DNA from: Octopus sinensis
Taxonomy: Eukaryota
Assembly (NCBI RefSeq): GCF_006345805.1
Contig: NC_043005.1
Span: 67,456,001-67,520,000 of the forward strand
Direction of reading: 5' to 3'
Length of the DNA stretch: 64,000 nt
Both the position numbers and the translations under genes were made by a program. The notes below the pieces were generated by a model. That model searched no databases. It saw nothing but the letters and a program-made list of their open reading frames with translations, and was not told the DNA's origin. Positions 52,102-63,799 of the stretch are shown here, in pieces. Each line of letters begins with the position of its first letter. Position 1 is the first letter of the stretch.

Positions 52102-55100
52102 ACTTCCAATCTAAAATATCAATATTTTAAAATATAAAAATAATAATTTTAAAATAATTAAAGTATGAATGAAAAAATGTAAATATATAATCCATATATA
52201 ACCTATATATAATCCATATATAATCAATATATAAACAATATATAAACTAAAATAAACACTATCAACAATTAAATATAAAATATAAAATATAAAATATAAA
52301 ATATAAAAAAAAACAAAAAAATAATAATAATATAATAATAAACTATATATACACCCATACACATATACCTAATTATATATAACCATATCTAACTACATAC
52401 ACTAAATCACACACCTATATATATATCCCTATACGTACACATAAAAACGTCTAGGCAACTATAAATAAATAAAATAGTTAAATACTTCAACACAATACTT
52501 ATTCATACTCCCACACACACACACATACAACCCACATTCACGCTCTAGAAAACGGACATCACTTAAAATTATGAACGGAGAAATGGAATAAATGGAATTA
52601 AAAATTATATTCACTTGGTAAAACTAACACTACTTAAAAATTATGAATGAAACAATGCAATAAAACAACAGACATCGCAAATAGACACAAATTACTACGA
52701 ATTCCTTAACAAACCTACCATGATAACCAAAACTCATAAAAACATATAATGATAAAATCTCCCTTACTAAACTCTATAACATACCTATATAGCAATCCCC
52801 CTAACCTAAACATTCACACACAAATACACACACGTAAACCACACACCCACGACATATACAAATACCCACACCACTTACACATACCTAACATACATATAAA
52901 CCTCAACATATACTCCAAAAACCCACTCAACCCCACACAGACAAATAAACACAAAAATTATGAATGGATTCTTTTATAAAACTACCATGATAAGCTAAAA
53001 CTCACAAAACATAAATGATAAAACCTCCCTTTACTAAACACTATAACATACTTATATAGGAACCCCTTTAACCTATACATTCACACACAAATACACACAC
53101 ATAAACCACACACCCATAACAAATACAAACACCCACCCCACTCACACACACCACAAGTACATATACGCCTCAACATATACACCAAACAAAATTACTTTAC
53201 CAAGGAACTTAACATATGTATAAAAAGTATAACCGCTCTGGAAACGAACATCTTTTAAAATAATGAATGGAGAAATGGAATAAATGGAATTAAAAATAAT
53301 ATTCACGTGGCAAAACGAACACCACTCAAAAATTATGAATGAAACAATGTAATAAAACAACCAACATCGAAAATAGACAAATTACCACGAATTCCCTAAA
53401 AAAAACCATGATAAACCAAAACTCTTAAAAACATATAACGATAAAATCTCCCTTTGCTAAACTCTATAACAAACCTATATAGCAATCCCCCTAACCTAAA
53501 CATTCACACACAAAAAACACACACGTAAACCACAGACCCACGACTTATACACATACCTATACTAACTTATAAACCTCAATATACACCAAAAACCCACTTC
53601 CTCCCCACACAGACAAATTAACACATACATCCCAAAACCTAAATAACAACCCATATACACATTCACACAAAAACACACACACACGCAAAACACACACACA
53701 CACAACAGATACATATACTCCCTCACATATACGCATATACATCCTTACTAAACTCGATATATACAACAATATTTACACACCCACACTCATACAGATAAAT
53801 AAATTATACAACTAAAAACTCACACACAATCTCATATACATAAACACTCCAATAAAAAACAACATTAAATACATCGTAATTAACCAGAATATCAAAAATA
53901 ACAATATGACATAAGGAGAAATAAAATACATACTTACAAGTCAGTTTCAAATTATGAAGTGAAATTAAATGCTTAGCCGTTAAAAAATCAAACCAAAATT
54001 ACGTTACCATAGAAATATAACTTATGTAAAAAAAGAATACGCGCCATGGAAAGTAAACGTCATTTAAAATATGAATGGAGAAATAGAATAAATGGAACTA
54101 AAAACTATATCCACGTGGCAAACCAACACTACTTAAAAAAAATTTATTATGAATGGATTCTTTAATAAAACTACCATAATAAATTATTATATACAATTAT
54201 AAGCTTTAGCTCATCTTAGCAGCTCTAACAAACAACTTGCAGTAACCCAAATCTATTCTCGATGCCTGCCTTACTACTACACTATTCCATTCCCAATTCC
54301 AAGCAACGCTAGCCCACCACCCGGTTACAATTCCCAACTCCACCCATTCATTCACAATTTCAACGACGTTCACCTCCACAGCGCTACATATAAGCCTCAA
54401 CATATACACCGGAGATTCAATTTCACATCCGTGCGGATGGGTGAGATTATACATTGAGTGTAGTGATGGGGCTCCCATTACTATACACATTTGTACCTGT
54501 GTGGTAGTCTCCATGTGTATATTCACGCACGGGTATAAATGCAGGGGGTACACGCGCACGGCATGTACGTGTACCCCCTCACATGTACATATGCATGCTA
54601 GTTGGGCTCGATATGTGCAACAATGTAATCGCGCCCGCATACATGCATATGGGCGAGTTGCACAATCAAAATACGCACACGTGTGTGTGTGCGTTCCCTG
54701 GTTGTGCAATTCACCCATCTGGGTGTGAGTGGGTGTAAACGTATTGCTGTGGATGTCGAGCTTGATACGTATGTATATGAGTGTGTATTGGGGGTTGTAC
54801 GTATTTATTGTGTGCATGTGCTTCACGCACGTGCGTCCATGTATGGATGAATATATTGGGATTGCTATGTGGGTGTAAATTGGGTATGGAGGGGGGAGTT
54901 TTGTCATTGTATGGGTGTAGGTTTCATTTGTGATGGTGGTTTGTTGGTGATTTTTATATGTTCTGTATATTGGGTTAGTTATGTATTATTCTAGTGTGTA
55001 TAATTGTATACATATGATTGGTGTGAGTGGGATTACGCCCATTTTTAGGGATGTATGTGTTTATTCGTCCGTATGGGGCGGGAGTGGCCGTTTGGTGTAT

Positions 55101-55599
55101 ATGTTGAGGCTCACATGCAATTCCAGGTACGCGCGAATGAAGTGGGCACTTATATTTGTTATGGGTGTGTATACTTTATTATAACAGACAATACCCAAAT
55201 AAAATCTGTCAATTCAACATACCAAATAAAAAACAAAAAACAAAGGGATCGTAAACATTCACACATACATACAAAACTCAATAAAAACACCACTAAATAA
55301 CACCCATCAACATATAAATATATCCTCCAAAATACATATAACAAATGCATAATAAAAATACATAATAAAATAAAATAAAATAAAAAATATATAAATAAAG
55401 AAAATAAAAAATCTAATATAATTATTAAAGTTTTAACATACCATAAACTGTTATATTAATATACATTAAAAATGAACTAATTAAAACAAAGAAATATCAA
55501 TAAAGACTAACTATAATTAAAGCCTAGACTACATACCAAAAAATATTATCTAAACTAATTTAAACTAAACTAAAGTAACCTAATAGGGAACTATTATTG

Positions 55600-56170
55600 C
55601 TATTTATCATGAAACTTATTATATAGGTAAAGTAACTTATGTCTGCATTTTATTTTGCGCTCTTCACCAGTATTAAGTAAATTATCATACTTATAAAATA
55701 AAATTTCTTTAAACTCATTAGAGCATAAATAACAACAATTAGCTCCTATAGTATATGATTTAGTTTTACAAATTATTTCCAAATTAAACTATAATTAATA
55801 TTTAGTGATTTAAGACTCCAAATGTACTTACTAAGTCCAGTTGAGTTGATTACGTTTTTATTTTTAAAAGAATTCATATGTTGTGCGATTCTTAGTTTTA
55901 TTTTTGAGGAAGTAGAACCTATATAAACCGCTTTTGGGTAATTATTATTCTTAAAGTTATTATCATGTAATGTAACTATACATTTATACACTACATCGTT
56001 AATATCACAATTATTATTTAATATACAATTAGATTTATCTCTACATGTACAATTAATATAAGTCTTATCATTATTAATATTATTATCAAATAATTTCTTT
56101 TTATAAAAATTATTCAGTTTATATTTATTAAATGAAGAAATAATGTTACCAACATTATTAGTGGTAGTAC
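55600..56170 (-). pseudogene. PLE GIY-YIG endonuclease domain, 5'-truncated, one frameshift near 55780
   Basis: TTTNNVGNIISSFNKYKL...CTCRDKSNCILNNNCDINDVVYKC...VYIGST...R..QHMNSF...STGLSKYIWSLK..NYSLIW / IICKTKSY...CYLC.NE....LLN....KCRH: Cys-rich linker plus GIY-YIG of PLEs. Confidence 0.9.
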
Positions 56171-56483
56171 TTCCTCAAAAATAAAACTAAGAATCGCACA
56201 ACATATGAATTCTTTTAAAAATAAAAACTTAATCAACTCAACTGGACTTAGTAAGTACATTTAGAGTCTTAAATCACTAAATATTAATTATAGTTTAATT
56301 TGGGAAATAATTTGTAAAACTAAATCATATACTATAGGAGCTAATTGTTGTTATTTATGCTCTAATGAGTTTAAAGAAATTTTATTTTATAAGTATGATA
56401 ATTTACTTAATACTGGTGAAGAGCGCAAAATGAAATGCAGACATAAGTTACTTTACCTATATAATAAGTTTCATGATAAATAG
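56168..56483 (+). pseudogene. PLE GIY-YIG C-terminal part, in-frame TAG at 56262-56264
   Basis: TSSKIKLRIAQHMNSFKNKNLINSTGLSKYI*SLK..LIWEIICKTKSYTIGANCCYLCSNEFKEI..LLNTGEERKMKCRHK; stop at 56481-56483. Confidence 0.9.
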
Positions 56484-59400
56484 CAATAATAGTTCCCTAT
56501 TAGGTTACTTTAGTTTAGTTTAAATTAGTTTAGATAATATTTTTTGGTATGTAGTCTAGGCTTTAATTATAGTTAGTCTTTATTGATATTTCTTTGTTTT
56601 AATTAGTTCATTTTTAATGTATATTAATATAACAGTTTATGGTATGTTAAAACTTTAATAATTTATATTAGATTTTTTATTTTCTTTATTTATATATTTT
56701 TTATTTTTATTTTATTTTATTATGTATTTTTATTATGCATTTGTTATATGTATTTTGGAGGATATATTTATATGTTGATGGGTGTTATTTAGTGGTGTTT
56801 TTATTGAGTTTTGTATGTATGTGTGAATGTTTACGATCCCTTTGTTTTTTGTTTTTTATTTGGTATGTTGAATTGACAGATTTTATTTGGGTATTGTCTG
56901 TTATAATAAAGTATGCACACCCATAACAAATATAAGTGCCCACTTCATTCGCGCGTACCTGGAATTGCATGTGAGCCTCAACATATACACCAAACGGCCA
57001 CTCCCGCCCCATACGGACGAATAAACACATACATCCCTAAAAATGGGCGTAATCCCACTCACACCAATCATATGTATACAATTATACACACTAGAATAAT
57101 ACATAACTAACCCAAATATACAGAACATATTAAAAATCACCAACAAACCACCATCACAAATGAAACCTACACCCATACAATGACAAAACTCCCCCCTCCA
57201 TACCCAATTTACACCCACATAGCAATCCCAATATATTCATCCATACATGGACGCACGTGCGTGAAGCACATGCACACAATAAATACGTACAACCCCCAAT
57301 ACGCACTCATATACATACGTATCAAGCTCGACATCCACAGCAATACGTTTACACCCACTCACACCCAGATGGGTGAATTGCACAACCAGGGAACGCACAC
57401 ACACACGTGTGCGTATTTTGATTGTGCAACTCGCCCATATGCATGTATGCGGGCGCGATTACATTGTTGCACATATCGAGCCCAACTAGCATGCATATGT
57501 ACATGTGAGGGGGTACACGTACATGCCGTGCGCGTGTACCCCCTGCATTTATACCCGTGCGTGAATATACACATGGAGACTACCACACAGGTACAAATGT
57601 GTATAGTAATGGGAGCCCCATCACTACACTCAATGTATAATCTCACCCATCCGCACGGATGTGAAATTGAATCTCCGGTGTATATGTTGAGGCTTATATG
57701 TAGCGCTGTGGAGGTGAACGTCGTTGAAATTGTGAATGAATGGGTGGAGTTGGGAATTGTAACCGGGTGGTGGGCTAGCGTTGCTTGGAATTGGGAATGG
57801 AATAGTGTAGTAGTAAGGCAGGCATCGAGAATAGATTTGGGTTACTGCAAGTTGTTTGTTAGAGCTGCTAAGATGAGCTAAAGCTCATAATTGTATATAA
57901 TAATTTATTATGGTAGTTTTATTAAAGAATCCATTCATAATAATTTTTTTTAAGTAGTGTTGGTTTGCCACGTGGATATAGTTTTTAGTTCCATTTATTC
58001 TATTTCTCCATTCATAATTTTAAATGACGTTTACTTTCCATGGCGCGTATTCTTTTTTTACATAAGTTATATTTCTATGGTAACGTAATTTTGGTTTGAT
58101 TTTTTAACGGCTAAGCATTTAATTTCACTTCATAATTTGAAACTGACTTGTAAGTATGTATTTTATTTCTCCTTATGTCATATTGTTATTTTTGATATTC
58201 TGGTTAATTACGATGTATTTAATGTTGTTTTTTATTGGAGTGTTTATGTATATGAGATTGTGTGTGAGTTTTTAGTTGTATAATTTATTTATCTGTATGA
58301 GTGTGGGTGTGTAAATATTGTTGTATATATCGAGTTTAGTAAGGATGTATATGCGTATATGTGAGGGAGTATATGTATCTGTTGTGTGTGTGTGTGTTTT
58401 GCGTGTGTGTGTGTTTGTGTGTGAATGTGTATATGGGTTTGTTATTTAGGTTTTGGGATGTATGTGTTAATTTGTCTGTGTGGGGAGGGAGTGGGTTTTT
58501 GGTGTATATTGAGGTTTATAAGTTAGTATAGGTATGTGTATAAGTCGTGGGTCTGTGGTTTACGTGTGTGTTTTTTGTGTGTGAATGTTTAGGTTAGGGG
58601 GATTGCTATATAGGTTTGTTATAGAGTTTAGCAAAGGGAGATTTTATCGTTATATGTTTTTAAGAGTTTTGGTTTATCATGGTTTTTTTTAGGGAATTCG
58701 TGGTAATTTGTCTATTTTCGATGTTGGTTGTTTTATTACATTGTTTCATTCATAATTTTTGAGTGGTGTTCGTTTTGCCACGTGAATATTATTTTTAATT
58801 CCATTTATTCCATTTCTCCATTCATTATTTTAAAAGATGTTCGTTTCCAGAGCGGTTATACTTTTTATACATATGTTAAGTTCCTTGGTAAAGTAATTTT
58901 GTTTGGTGTATATGTTGAGGCGTATATGTACTTGTGGGTGTGTGTGAGTGGGGTGGGTGTTTGTATTTGTTATGGGTGTGTGGTTTATGTGTGTGTATTT
59001 GTGTGTGAATGTATAGGTTAAAGGGGTTCCTATATAAGTATGTTATAGTGTTTAGTAAAGGGAGGTTTTATCATTTATGTTTTGTGAGTTTTAGCTTATC
59101 ATGGTAGTTTTATAAAAGAATCCATTCATAATTTTTGTGTTTATTTGTCTGTGTGGGGTTGAGTGGGTTTTTGGGGTATATGTTGAGGTTTATATGTATG
59201 TATAGGTATGTGTAAGTGGTGTGGGTATTTGTATATGTCGTGGGTGTGTGGTTTACGTGTGTGTATTTGTGTGTGAATGTTTAGGTTAGGGGGATTGCTA
59301 TATAGGTATGTTATAGAGTTTAGTAAAGGGAGATTTTATCATTATATGTTTTTATGAGTTTTGGTTTATCATGGTAGGTTTGTTAAGGAATTCGTAGTAA

Positions 59401-59988
59401 TTTGTGTCTATTTGCGATGTCTGTTGTTTTATTGCATTGTTTCATTCATAATTTTTAAGTAGTGTTAGTTTTACCAAGTGAATATAATTTTTAATTCCAT
59501 TTATTCCATTTCTCCGTTCATAATTTTAAGTGATGTCCGTTTTCTAGAGCGTGAATGTGGGTTGTATGTGTGTGTGTGTGGGAGTATGAATAAGTATTGT
59601 GTTGAAGTATTTAGCTATTTTATTTATTATAGTTGCCTAGACGTTTTTATGTGTACGTATAGGGATATATATATAGGTGTGTGATTTAGTGTATGTAGTT
59701 AGATATGGTTATATATAATTAGGTATATGTGTATGGGTGTATATATAGTTTATTATTATATTATTATTATTTTTTTGTTTTTTTTTATATTTTATATTTT
59801 ATATTTTATATTTTATATTTAATTGTTGATAGGTTTATTTTAGTTTATATATTGTTTATATATTGATTATATATGGATTATATATAGGTTATATATGGAT
59901 TATATATTTACATTTTTTCATTCATACTTTAATTATTTTAAAATTATTATTTTTATATTTTAAAATATTGATATTTTAGATTGGAAGT

Positions 59989-60031
59989 CCACCTGAAGAT
60001 TGTCGATCAAGACAAGAAACAATTGTAGTAG
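59989..60031 (+). ncRNA. Type I hammerhead motif, right arm
   Basis: CUGAAGA 59993-59999, perfect stem II UUGUC/GACAA, GAAAC 60016-60020, palindromic AAUU loop, GUA 60025-60027. Stem I is weak (CCAC/GUAG with a C.A mismatch). Confidence 0.6.
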
Positions 60032-60244
60032 CGGTTTTTTTGACTATTTATTAAAATTTTATGTATTGATTAAGTCTTTCCTTGTTTGTTTTGCAAAATA
60101 GTGGTTTTGTCTCTAATAATATTTTATAATATTTTACTATAAAATTGGATTTAATCCTAAATCTGATTTTTTCCCTGTAAATTTGGATTTATTCCCTAAT
60201 ATTTATTATATATATATATATATATATATACATACATACATATA

Positions 60245-60680
60245 CAAGGGTTGGACAAAATAATGGAAACACCTTAAAATTTCAAACAAATTTGTTTTAA
60301 TACGTGGTAGGACCGCCTTTGGCAGTAATTACACCTTAAATTCAGGGAGGTATGGACTCATACAAACTTTGAATTGTTTCCCAAGGAATTTTTGTCTATT
60401 CTTCAGCTAAAACAGACTTCAGTTCTAATAGTGATGATGGTGGAGGATATCGACTGCTTACTTGTATTTCGAAAATGCACCATAAATGTTCAATAATATT
60501 GAGATCTGAGCACTGTGGTGGCCAGATAAGATGTTCAGCTTCACTAGAATGTTCCTCGTACCATTCAGTAACAACTTTAGCTATTTGCAGAGGGGCATTA
60601 TCATCCTGAAAGTTTGCGTTTCCCTCTTCCGGAAACTGTTCCGCAACCATAGGATGAAGTTGATCCGATAGTATTCAGCT
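60245..60680 (-). mobile_element. Tc1-like element 3' part with one TIR
   Basis: NFQDDNAP..AKVVTEWY..HLIWPPQCSDLNIIEHLW (DD34E region); TA|CAAGGGTTGGACAAAATAATGGAAACACC terminus. Confidence 0.85.
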
Positions 60681-60692
60681 AACTAGATATAA

Positions 60693-60740
<48 letters not shown>

Positions 60741-60829
60741 CTGATAACGAAAATGAGAGTGTATATATATTCACATCAAAAAAGTTTTTATTAAAACCTT
60801 TTCCACAGCGTATATAACACTGGTAACAC

Positions 60830-62050
60830 TGACCTACATATGTTTCGACTTTATCGACTGCACATTGTTCTGCAGGCAATTATGCATCCTAGTCGCTGAA
60901 GTTTCATCAAGTGTTCATCAGTCACGTCGTTTTCAAAGTGAATTCATACAAACAAGCGTCCTCTGGTGGTATTCAGTTGAAGATGTTAGCGTTACTTTTT
61001 AAATCCAATAGAATTTTGGTCTTACAATCACCTATACTGGTATTAGAGTTGAAGCGTGGTTTTAAATTGTTTATTCAGTTTTTCAATTAATTGTAGCAGC
61101 TTTGTTTACATTCTTCTGTATGGAGTACATTCTTTTTTCAGAGGTATCTTACTTACTTGTGGTTTATACCTTCCAAAAATATTATTGTTATTATTATTAG
61201 TAGTAGTATTTGTATAAATATCATTATTACAATCATTAGTGTAACTTGCATAATTACTATAGATGGTGAGTTGTACATATTTAAATTGTTTAAACGTATA
61301 TTTTCTCAAGTGCTGACACCTTAAAGCCTGTTCTCGCCTTGTGTTTATAACTGTAAATTTAGATGTGGAAAATTAGTACATTTCTTCCACATAAAAGTCA
61401 CATCTATTATAACCTATTCTACAAGGTTTTGGATAGCCGGCATCTGTACCAATCTGTGAGATAAAATGTTATCCACCATATGATATATTTTCTTCGCATT
61501 CCTCAATTACTGCAGATCAGTTGTACCTCAAATTTTGTTGATGAGCTGTTTTAATATTACAGTGAATATCCCGGTTATTTTGGCACACGTTGTAGCTCTC
61601 TTTTTGCCTTGCATTATTCGTAGAATCAGAACACCAAATCAAGTTCAATTGCGACAGCTGTTTTCTCTTATAACACGCTAAGGATTTGTTGCAGGCGCTA
61701 CCTTCGTTCGTTTTTATTCATGTGGAATTTTCAGCTTCCATCTTCTATTCGCTATCTTGCCTCAGTCCAGTTCCATCAAGGTTTTGTGGATTTAATTAAA
61801 TGTCCATGATATTTTAATTTGTTTGAAAGTAATGTGCACAGTCTTCCACGATTATCTGAGGTCTTCATATTTTAGGATTCTCATTTCATACACGCGTTTA
61901 TATTGCTTTCGCAAAGTAACGTAACTCCAAAAGATTAGGGAGCTACTTTGTAATTTTAGTATGGTGCGGTGCTCTGGACGTGTGTATCTTAGGGTCTTCT
62001 CCGTTGTTGCTACAGTTTTTGAAATTTTCAAATTAAGTGACAATTTTTAA
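60830..62050 (-). mobile_element. Possible old PLE remnant with degenerate hammerhead
   Basis: AGYPKPC...RC motif, CTGATGA (60915-60921) and GAAAC-ATAT-GTA (60835-60846) on minus; the ORF is heavily decayed. Confidence 0.3.
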
Positions 62051-62424
62051 ATATGGTTGAGTACAGGAATCGACGTAATCAACTTATCCTTTCACCGATA
62101 TTGCTGACCTTGAGCCAATATTTGAAGCCAATGTTTGTGCGTCTGATCTGATTACAACCTACAGTTTGAACGAACGATTGAAGTGGGCAAATTATATTAC
62201 GTTATTGGGGTAAATGGTTTGTTACAAGTCGGCAGAATAGTGAAAAAATAGCAGAAATGCTTACGTGTATGTTCCAAAATTCAGGCATGGAGCTCTAGTG
62301 AATTTCATAGTGTTATTGTTGACATTTATCTTCTGGGCGAAATCGAACCAACAGATCTCCCATAGAAAGGAAGTATTCCAACCGTAAAGATTATCTTTAC
62401 CGATATGTTTTACTCAAACAACTA

Positions 62425-62682
62425 TATTATGTACATTATTTACAATTGACGGATATTTATCCTCATCTTGTTTGTTGATAACACAACGTTTCGGCTTCAT
62501 CAGGTATCTTGGAGAAATTTCGAACCTAGTTTCTCATTTCTAAGGTATTTTCGATGTTGTTGTTGTTGTTATTATCATTATTATTATTATTATTAGTTAT
62601 TCAAGGCACTGCCTGGAATTGAACTCGGATTCTTGGGGTTAGTAGCACCTCCTCTTAGCCATTACGCTATACACCCGTGGGC
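62425..62682 (-). mobile_element. tRNA-headed SINE-like element with hammerhead-bearing PLE-type tail
   Basis: Minus strand: TAGCGTAATGGCTAAG (A-box), CTACTAA anticodon-like loop, GAGTTCAATTCC (B-box), (AAT/AAC)n, then ATAC-CTGATGA-AGCC-GAAAC-GTT-GTGT (stem II collapsed). Confidence 0.7.
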
Positions 62683-62791
62683 AATTATAGCGTGCCTTGA
62701 ACAGATAATAGTAACATGAATAATAATAATAATAATAATAACAATAATAATAACAATAATAATAATAATAACAATAACAATAATAATAATA

Positions 62792-62827
<36 letters not shown>

Positions 62828-62829
62828 CC

Positions 62830-63015
62830 TCAGCAAAAATTACTTTAGGAATGAGAACCCAGGGTTGGGTTCAAAATTCAACCTGGACACCCTATGAAAG
62901 CTGGTGTGTATATCAGCCGAAACGTTGTGGTAACAACAAACAAGATGAGGACACATATCCGTCCAATGTAAATAATGTAAATAATGTACAAAATTCCTCA
63001 TCTCGAAAATATAGA
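62830..63015 (+). mobile_element. Second, inverted copy of the same hammerhead tail
   Basis: CAC-CCTATGA-AAGCTG..CAGCC-GAAAC-GTT-GTG followed by AACAACAAACAAGATGAGGA..ATATCCGTC; core mutated, stem II intact. Confidence 0.7.
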
Positions 63016-63799
63016 ATAGAACTATATTAGCAGTCCATTTTTAAAAGGCGGTGTGACTTGAGACCCATTTGGCTACTATTTCTATCGGGAGAATAGCTTT
63101 TTGGATCGCCTTCCCTGGTACAAATGATGGATACATATTTCCAGTCCTGCCACAGGTCTGACACATTTTTTCTACTTGCTCTTGATAATATATCAGTTTA
63201 TACAGAAATTCTTAGCAATTCCTCCAGCCATTCATCCATTTTCTACATTCACTATTCCTCGGACGGTGCAAGAGGTAGAATGCTCTGACCTCCTCCATAG
63301 AGTCCAGTCTGACGCAACCGTTATAAAATTTTCCGGCTGGATTCCAACACGTGACCAACTGGCACAACGGATATTATCAAAACATGTCGTTCATGGTCTA
63401 GGCCTAAGTCTGCAGCAATTTTGCCAGGTTTGAAGAATGTGAATTGTGGTTCTTTCCTGCGGCATTCAAACCACATGCTCGTATTACCAGAGCTGAGACT
63501 TCTTAACGCAGAGAAGTAGTGGCTCGACCTGATACGGGTCCTAATCTCTTAGCAATTCATTTTCAAAAATATATATTATCCATTTTTGTTTACTCACCTA
63601 TTGATTTAATTTCTAAAGTATTATTAGCGAGTTTTAAGTGTGGTTTTACGGAAAATACATTTCATGACGTTCCTGTAATTTTAGAAAATACAAACGTCAC
63701 GTAATCATACTTTTTCTCTGTTACAAATCTTGATTACTTTTATCTACATAAAAATACAAATCATTAAAATAATGAGTTTTAGCTTAAGCACAAAGCTAG

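Larger units (their letters stand above)
51962..60205. mobile_element. ~8.2-kb palindromic (head-to-head) Penelope-like insertion
   Basis: Left arm 51962-55914 is the reverse complement of right arm 56168-60128. A 253-bp spacer continues the left-arm ORF. The right arm has an extra ~77-nt tail (60129-60205). (AT)n lies on both flanks. Confidence 0.93.

Noticed and set aside
57180-57881. 233-aa ORF, the longest in the window, intact in both arms (mirror 54206-54907)
   Set aside because: It overlies a purine-pyrimidine-alternating, hairpin-rich segment that is naturally depleted of stops. The H/T/C/Y/V/M bias matches that composition and no domain is recognisable. Being intact in both arms only reflects recent duplication. 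Ribosome profiling or dN/dS across copies could overturn this.
52100-59980. Mitochondrial insertion (NUMT) suggested by strong CA/GT strand skew
   Set aside because: No mitochondrial tRNA, rRNA or OXPHOS reading frame is recognisable, and the segment is bounded by a PLE endonuclease and a hammerhead.
51962-60205. Palindrome as a pure sequencing fold-back chimera
   Set aside because: The flanks are unique on both sides, the arms differ by substitutions, there is a 253-bp coding spacer and a one-sided 3' tail, and three smaller loci show the same geometry. It is not fully excluded without reads.
63100-63530. Possible LINE ORF1/RT remnant on minus (CQTCGRTG, QDWKYVSI)
   Set aside because: The motifs fall in different frames with several stops and are too weak to assign.
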